A DNA stretch of 63,271 nt, counting the filler, from Olpidium bornovanus S191 (Eukaryota > Fungi > Olpidiomycota): assembly GCA_017911155.1 (NCBI GenBank). It is 30 parts of 30 records of this genome, joined end to end, with 100 filler letters (N's around TTAATTAATTAA, not from the genome) between each part and the next. Parts side by side here need not be neighbours in the genome. Positions count along the whole stretch, not along the records: positions 59,666 to 63,271 come from JAEFCI010001626.1; 29 more parts are not named here. One strand, 5' to 3'. The notes beneath the pieces are model-generated. The model searched no databases. It was not told where the DNA came from and saw only the letters and a list, made by a program, of their open reading frames with translations. Numbering within the stretch: position 1 is the stretch's first letter; each line of letters begins with the position of its first letter. Below, piece by piece: positions 60,278 to 63,271 of this stretch. The position numbers and the translations under genes are program-made.

Positions 60278-62347
60278 TCAGCTGAAAACTACCACCTTGC
60301 CCGAGGCGTTACCACCAGCAATCATGAGGTCGGAAGCGTGAGAACAAACGACGGCGGGCACGGCAGAAATGTTGTCGGGATCGCGAAGCAGGGCCAATAA
60401 GCTCCCGGTCGCAGCGTCGTGAACGTCTATGCCACGCTGCGCAAAAGCAAGGCAAGAGGAAGTGTCAGTTGCTAAACACCGGTAAGTCCGACGGTGCTTC
60501 CGGGGGCAAATTGCTTCCGTCGTTGTGTTAAGCTACCTTCTTGTTGCCGGTGATGATTATTGGGTATTCGGGGGTTGGATGCCAGACGCTGCGAAAGACA
60601 GATATCCATCTAGAAACCAACTATCAGTATGCGGCCAGCCAGCTCGGGAACTCCGCGAGTATGCATCATCGATCATCACCTTCCAGTCTGGTTATCATGG
60701 GGTATGCATATAGGCTTCCCCAGTTCGGCTTTCCCCCGGGGGTCCTCGAAGACTCTTAGCTTGTCGTCGTACGAGGTGCTCACAACCCGGTTGTTGGAGG
60801 GGCTCCAGTACGCGGCGGTGACGCTAAGGTCATGCTTCCATTCCCATGTCGCGCCTTGAATCCCGGAAGTCTCTTCCTTCCCGTCGTCTGTCCGTACAGA
60901 GGACAGACACCGTACGTCCCATATCCTCATCATCTTGTCTAGAGAGGACGTGAGGACGTGCCTCCCGTCGTTCGTCACGCTGACGCACCCGACTTTTTTC
61001 TCTGACAACCGAAACATCGACGTGCCGCCAGCGCGCGCCCGCATGTCTCGCCGGCCGACCCGGCCGCTGGTATCAGAGAACCAGAGAGTGTTCGGGGAGT
61101 CGCGCGGGACGTCCACGCAGGTGATCAGACAGTCGTCTTCATCGTCGAAGTCGGCGGTCAGGCGTAAACCGGCGTGCTCCACGAAAGTGAAGGCCTCGGT
61201 GGATTTCGACGTCACGAGGTCCAACTGCCGGACGGACCCGTCGTAGCTGCTGGTAAAGAGCACGCCGGCGTCCGCAGGCGAGAACAGCACCCGGCTGATC
61301 GTTTGCGTGTGCGGTTTGATTGCCCACACCTGCGGGTCGGCGCCCTCGCACCCCAGTTTTAAAAAGCCCAGGTATCCCGCCTTGTCCCCCGCTGCAAGAA
61401 GACGTTGCTCGGGAGACGAATGGAACGCCTGCGTATATATTCGTTGCGGCGTGACCTTGACAGGCGCGTGCCGTAGCGATAATTTGGCCAATCGCCCACA
61501 CAGCGTCGTGTCGAGCATTTCATGCTCCGTTGTATCCTCGTCACCCTCCTTTTTCTCTCGTCGCCGAGAGGGAGAAGGCAACGAAGACGCAAGTCTTAAA
61601 GCGCCAGCCAGATCACCGCACCCGTCTTCGCCGATGCCGTCGTCACCCAGCATGTCGGCGAGCGAGAAATCGCCGCCTTTCCTTGGGGGCTTCCCTTGTT
61701 TTCCCCCCTCGACCGTCAACATCGTCTGTCGGTCCTGCTCATGGCAGTCGCTATCGACCTTTATCCCGCGAAGGCGAAGGCTGGACCGCCGTGGGAGGTT
61801 GTCGACTTCTGGATTCTTCTTCAATTTCCGAGGTCTCGTTTCAGGCGCTTTACGTTTGTTAGACTTGCGAATCCCGAGAGTGCCGGGGCCAAGGTGGAGT
61901 CCTGCAAGCACGGCATTATTCTCGCGGATGTTCTCCAGCTACGCAGTGCGGGGGTTTTGCGCACAGGCAGGTCAGCGAAAACAGCCTTTTCTTTTATCGC
62001 GCGCAACTGCTTTTGCCTTTCGCTCGTGAAACTCGCCGGGAATGCACGAGCCAAGTACAGCTAGGCGGTTCGTTGTCTCCGCCGGCTTTTGAAAGCGTTC
62101 CGCATCCCAAGCGAAGAACGAGCAGCGAAGTGCGGCAAAAGTTGCCGAAGCGGCGATGTTGGGGCTGTCGTGCTCGCTCACCGCGCCACGCGGCTTGGAC
62201 CTCGGCTCAGGCGCGATCCGTTCCCGCGGGCGGCCCGTTCAAAAACGCGCGCGCCTCCTGGGAGCCCTCGGCCTGTCCACCGCGGGCGGCGGTGGTCCGG
62301 CGGTCAGCACGCACCCTCTTCCGTTCGTACTCGGACAGTTCGTCCAT
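60278..62347 (-). CDS. CMR1: WD40 DNA-damage-binding protein CMR1/WDR76 (apparently complete, 4 exons)
   Basis: MDELSEYERKR|LENIRENNAVLAGL...PRRSSLRL...VKVTPQRIY...LLAAGDKAGYLGF...LFTSSYDGSVR...HDNQTGR|WISVFRSVWHP...GNKK|RGIDV...ISAVPAV...IAGGNASGKVVVFS*. Confidence 0.92.
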
Positions 62348-62599
62348 CGGCTTTTCGTCCCCCGCGATCGTTCGCGTTGGACGTCGCGACTTTCAGGGAA
62401 GATGACGGGCGCAGCCGTCCGAAGAGGTTTGCGGCGGGGCTCGTGCGTTCGATCCTCCGTGCGCTGCTCCGTCGACGGAGGTTGACTGTCCTGCCCGCGT
62501 GTTTCTCTTTCCCCCGAGGCTCGCGACCGACCCCCTTCTCCCCCACCTGCCCTGCGCCCCGCTGCGGCACGCTTGGCACTTCGGGAGCTCCACTGCCCC

Positions 62600-63110
62600 G
62601 CGCACACATAGCGCCAAAACCGACGATGGCGGACGGCTGACGGCAGCAGAAGCGAGAGCGGCCAGAAGACGTTTGCCTTCGCCTGTGCAGCTGATGCAGA
62701 TCCCCATAGACGGGTTGGGCGGGAGTGCAGTGCTCCATCTGGTAAGCTAAGGTTCGATGGGTCGGTCCCTTGGGGCTATTTGCTACGCCTCGGGTGAGCT
62801 TTCGGCCCCTCAGAGATAGCGCCAGAGCCGGCCCTCGGCTCTCTGTGAATCCTGAGCTATTCTACCACAGATCCTGCCTTTGATTCTTGCCGCGATCCTG
62901 CTGCGGAACCTGCGTAGAATTATGCCGTGCGCTGCAGATTCTGCAGCCTTGTGCTGTGGGCAGTTTCGTCGAAGGTTTCTGGCGTACATTAGAAGCGGAG
63001 GTTCTACAAAACGAGCTGCCATTAATGGTATGGTTGATCAATGGAAGGACGAACAAGTCGTTTGATGGAAAACGACGCATCTTAAGGGACGACGCGTTCA
63101 CGAAGAAGGT
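62600..63110 (+). CDS. Possible divergently oriented gene fragment of unknown product
   Basis: Exon-like stretch ending LHL|GTAAGC and a later open frame ...FVEGFWRTLEAEVLQNELPLMVWLINGRTNKSFDGKRRILRDDAFTKK; splicing not resolved. Confidence 0.25.
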
Positions 63111-63271
63111 CGAGCGGTGTATCTGCTTTCTGCATCTGCCTTCCGAATCTATTTCTAAATCTGCTTTCTCAACCGGCTTCGGCTTTCCAGCCTGACTTCA
63201 GTGTATGCATTCCGCGTCAACATTCCGCATCGCGTTTCTCCCTTCCAACGGGCAGTATGGTGGGCAGCATG

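Overview
This is not one continuous locus. It is 30 short eukaryotic contigs of about 1.0-4.8 kb, joined by 29 artificial 100-nt spacers (N44-TTAATTAATTAA-N44), so adjacency across spacers has no biological meaning. The DNA is GC-rich, intron-rich and full of homopolymer runs. The gene set points to a fungus: fungal-type class I myosin, ROM2-type Rho GEF, TED1, PSA1, ERJ5, AFG2, CMR1/WDR76, a DUF2415 WD40 protein, MGST3 and an MTHFR fragment. A Tectonic homologue (ciliary transition zone) suggests a flagellated, zoosporic early-diverging fungus; this is inference and no taxon is confirmed. A substantial part of the window is degraded Ty3/gypsy and Ty1/copia debris. I found no CRISPR array, rRNA, tRNA gene, or prokaryotic defence or operon-type system, and I cannot support a complete new multi-gene system here. 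Best leads: (1) a family of very short LTRs (83-184 bp) carrying the copia/Ty5-type primer site for a cleaved initiator-tRNA half, found three times; (2) a fungal C5orf34/DUF4524-like gene; (3) a MYPT-like RVxF-ankyrin protein; (4) an intron-containing bacterial-type CAP protein with altered motifs; (5) introns with AAG acceptors or A-tracts before the 3' splice site; (6) several satellite arrays; (7) strong enrichment of CATG at contig ends, implying a library artefact and possible chimeras. All family assignments come from motif recognition by eye; no database search was run.
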